A stretch of DNA of 63,147 bases, filler included, from Phoronis australis (Eukaryota > Animalia > Phoronida): the NCBI GenBank assembly GCA_002633005.1. It is 5 parts of 5 records of this genome, joined end to end, with 100 filler letters (N's around TTAATTAATTAA, not from the genome) between each part and the next. Parts side by side here need not be neighbours in the genome. Positions count along the whole stretch, not along the records: positions 60,791 to 63,147 come from NMRA01003717.1; 4 more parts are not named here. The stretch is one strand, 5' to 3'. The notes beneath the pieces are model-generated. The model did no database searches, was not told the DNA's origin, and saw only the letters and a list, made by a program, of their open reading frames with translations. Numbering within the stretch: the stretch's first letter is position 1; every line of letters starts with the position of its first letter. The translations under genes were made by a program, and so were the position numbers. Below are positions 61,424 to 63,147 of this stretch, in pieces.

Positions 61424-62179
61424 TGTCAGAATATAGTCTGACAGTATTATTAGTTGTATTGTTTTGTTTTGTTATTCAGTTTGATTGGCATGACCCCGAG
61501 TTAAGTACAGTGATGATGTAATTTGTTTACTACAAAATAGTGTGGAACTTTCTAGAAGACTGAGGTCAGAACAGTGATGATGAAATTTGTTTACTACAGT
61601 ATAGTGTGGAACTTTCTAGAAGACTCTAGCATGACAATGATTAATGCAGTCTGAAATATTCTAGAGACTAGTACATGTTTGTAGAATGATTGGGTAGGTT
61701 CCAGAAAGTTCTGGTATGTGCTTGAATTGATGAAAAGTTCCAGAACAATGCGTTAGGCTATAAATACACAAGCATGGGTTTGTGTTAGTCAGATTAAGTC
61801 AGTTGAGTCCAAGAAGATCAAGTCGAGAGATCAAGTGAGTTCAAGTAAGTTAATCAGGAGAACTACAGTTGAGTTGCAGAATCAGCAGTTACAGCAATAG
61901 TCAATAGAGAGCCAGCTATAGAGACAGCAGGTTATTGAATTGAGTGTAACAGTTGCTGGAAGTATCTCAGAAGTTCAATACAAGTCAAGGCTTCGCAGCA
62001 CTGGCTGGAGCATAAACAGACGTTACGTCGGACGTTTTGTTTGAGTAGGCTTGTGAACGTACGGTCAGGATTAATAAAGGATTAACTCGAACCAGTCTTC
62101 AGNTCAATCTTCGCACCGAAAGCTATTAGCACCGGTCTGTAACAACCTGCGCCCACCCACACACGGGGAAAACGTGACA
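61424..62179 (+). mobile_element. Solo LTR, 756 bp
   Basis: TGTCA...TGACA termini; flanks AAGAT/AAGGT (4/5 TSD); U3 tandem duplication 61507-61561/61571-61625; TATAAATA at about 61759; AATAAA at about 62073. Confidence 0.6.
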
Positions 62180-62800
62180 AAGGTAAACTACGGAGATTGG
62201 AGACCGGGCGCAGGGCTTAGAGAATGATATAAGGTAAACTACTGAGAAGGCAGGTGCAGATGGTACAATGGGAACTACAGAAAGGGCATGAGCTAATTAT
62301 AACGTTTAACGTCAATAAACATGTGCTGCAGAGAAAACGGGATTACGACAGATAGCTTAGCTGAAATTGAAAGCGTTCCAATTTCAAAGCTGCTTCAGCC
62401 AAAAAGCTGAAATCACTTCAACTCTAAGTCAGGCCGACTTTAGACCAGTTCCAATAATGATAGCATAAGGTCTTGAGCAAAAATACACGTCATACCTGTC
62501 GTAAAGTCTGTTTAGAAAACCTGATTCCTTCTAGCTCCAACGATGAGAATTTTATCAACTTCGTTTGAAAGTCACTGGTGACTGACTGACTGGTCGTTTT
62601 TCGTATGACGCTGGGGAAAACCCGAGCTGACTAAGTCCCGGGGGCCTTTGAAAACCCCAGCAGTGTAAACAAAGTTCGATATTGATTGGCATGGCCCTTT
62701 TAGAAATTTGGCCTTTGTTCAAACTCAATGTGAAAGACGGTTCGGGTTGCAGGCAGGTTGTTATCGGCCATTGTTTGGCAGATTGTAAAACGACTCTGAA

Positions 62801-62887
62801 AAAATAATCATTGACATATCCGTACAGGTATTGCATGGCAAAATAATCATTGACATATCCGTACAGGTATTGCATGGCAAAATAATC
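62801..62887. repeat. 39-bp tandem duplication (2.2 copies)
   Basis: AAAATAATCATTGACATATCCGTACAGGTATTGCATGGC x2. Confidence 0.92.
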
Positions 62888-63147
62888 GTAAAGGTGTTGT
62901 ATAGAGCACCAATTAGCGCAGATATACAGGTGTTACATGACACCTGAGAAAGCAAGAGAGAGAAGGATTGTTCTTATCATGCAGTTTGTAAGTGATCAGT
63001 AAGCACGGTCGCAACCAAACACCAAAACATAAGTACTCAAAATTTTCTAGACATTTCCAATATTTTTGCTGCAAATGAAATGTACTGGCATAAGTGAGTG
63101 TCGTGGCTTAATAATTTATGGTGCCACGACACAATCCAGTTTCAGTT

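Noticed and set aside
62496-62875. Minus-strand ORF or exon as an upstream caspase exon
   Set aside because: No caspase or death-fold motif, stops occur before the donor, and the ORF start derives from a 39-bp tandem repeat.

Overview
Intron-rich, repeat-rich animal genomic DNA, most likely from a marine invertebrate, in a gapped draft scaffold (N-runs with artificial TTAATTAATTAA spacers). Four host genes can be reconstructed from splice sites and reading phases. (1) A giant minus-strand gene with 13 visible exons (3613-25444, >3,000 aa, 5' end missing) built of fibronectin-type-III/Ig-like 'D-x-T-P-P' repeats. (2) A minus-strand ankyrin-repeat gene with one repeat per phase-0 exon (9 exons, 31566-43426, both ends missing). 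(3) The last exon of a caspase (p10 subunit, 53799-54061, minus). (4) A compact two-exon plus-strand gene (57155-58601) not captured by any single ORF. It encodes a signal peptide, a very acidic propiece and a 39-aa, +12, Arg/Trp-rich, two-Cys symmetric peptide. This looks like an undescribed beta-hairpin antimicrobial-peptide precursor whose cationic part lies in the +1 frame behind a GCT-TGA-A site, and it is the top finding. The rest is TE-derived: Kolobok-like THAP elements (TTAA TSD), a second THAP pseudogene, MITEs with 5-bp and 8-bp TSDs, Penelope-like fragments with decayed hammerhead cores, a DIRS-like gag relic, a solo LTR, and mini/microsatellites. No CRISPR, rRNA or tRNA was seen. 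All family assignments are by eye from motifs; no database search was run.
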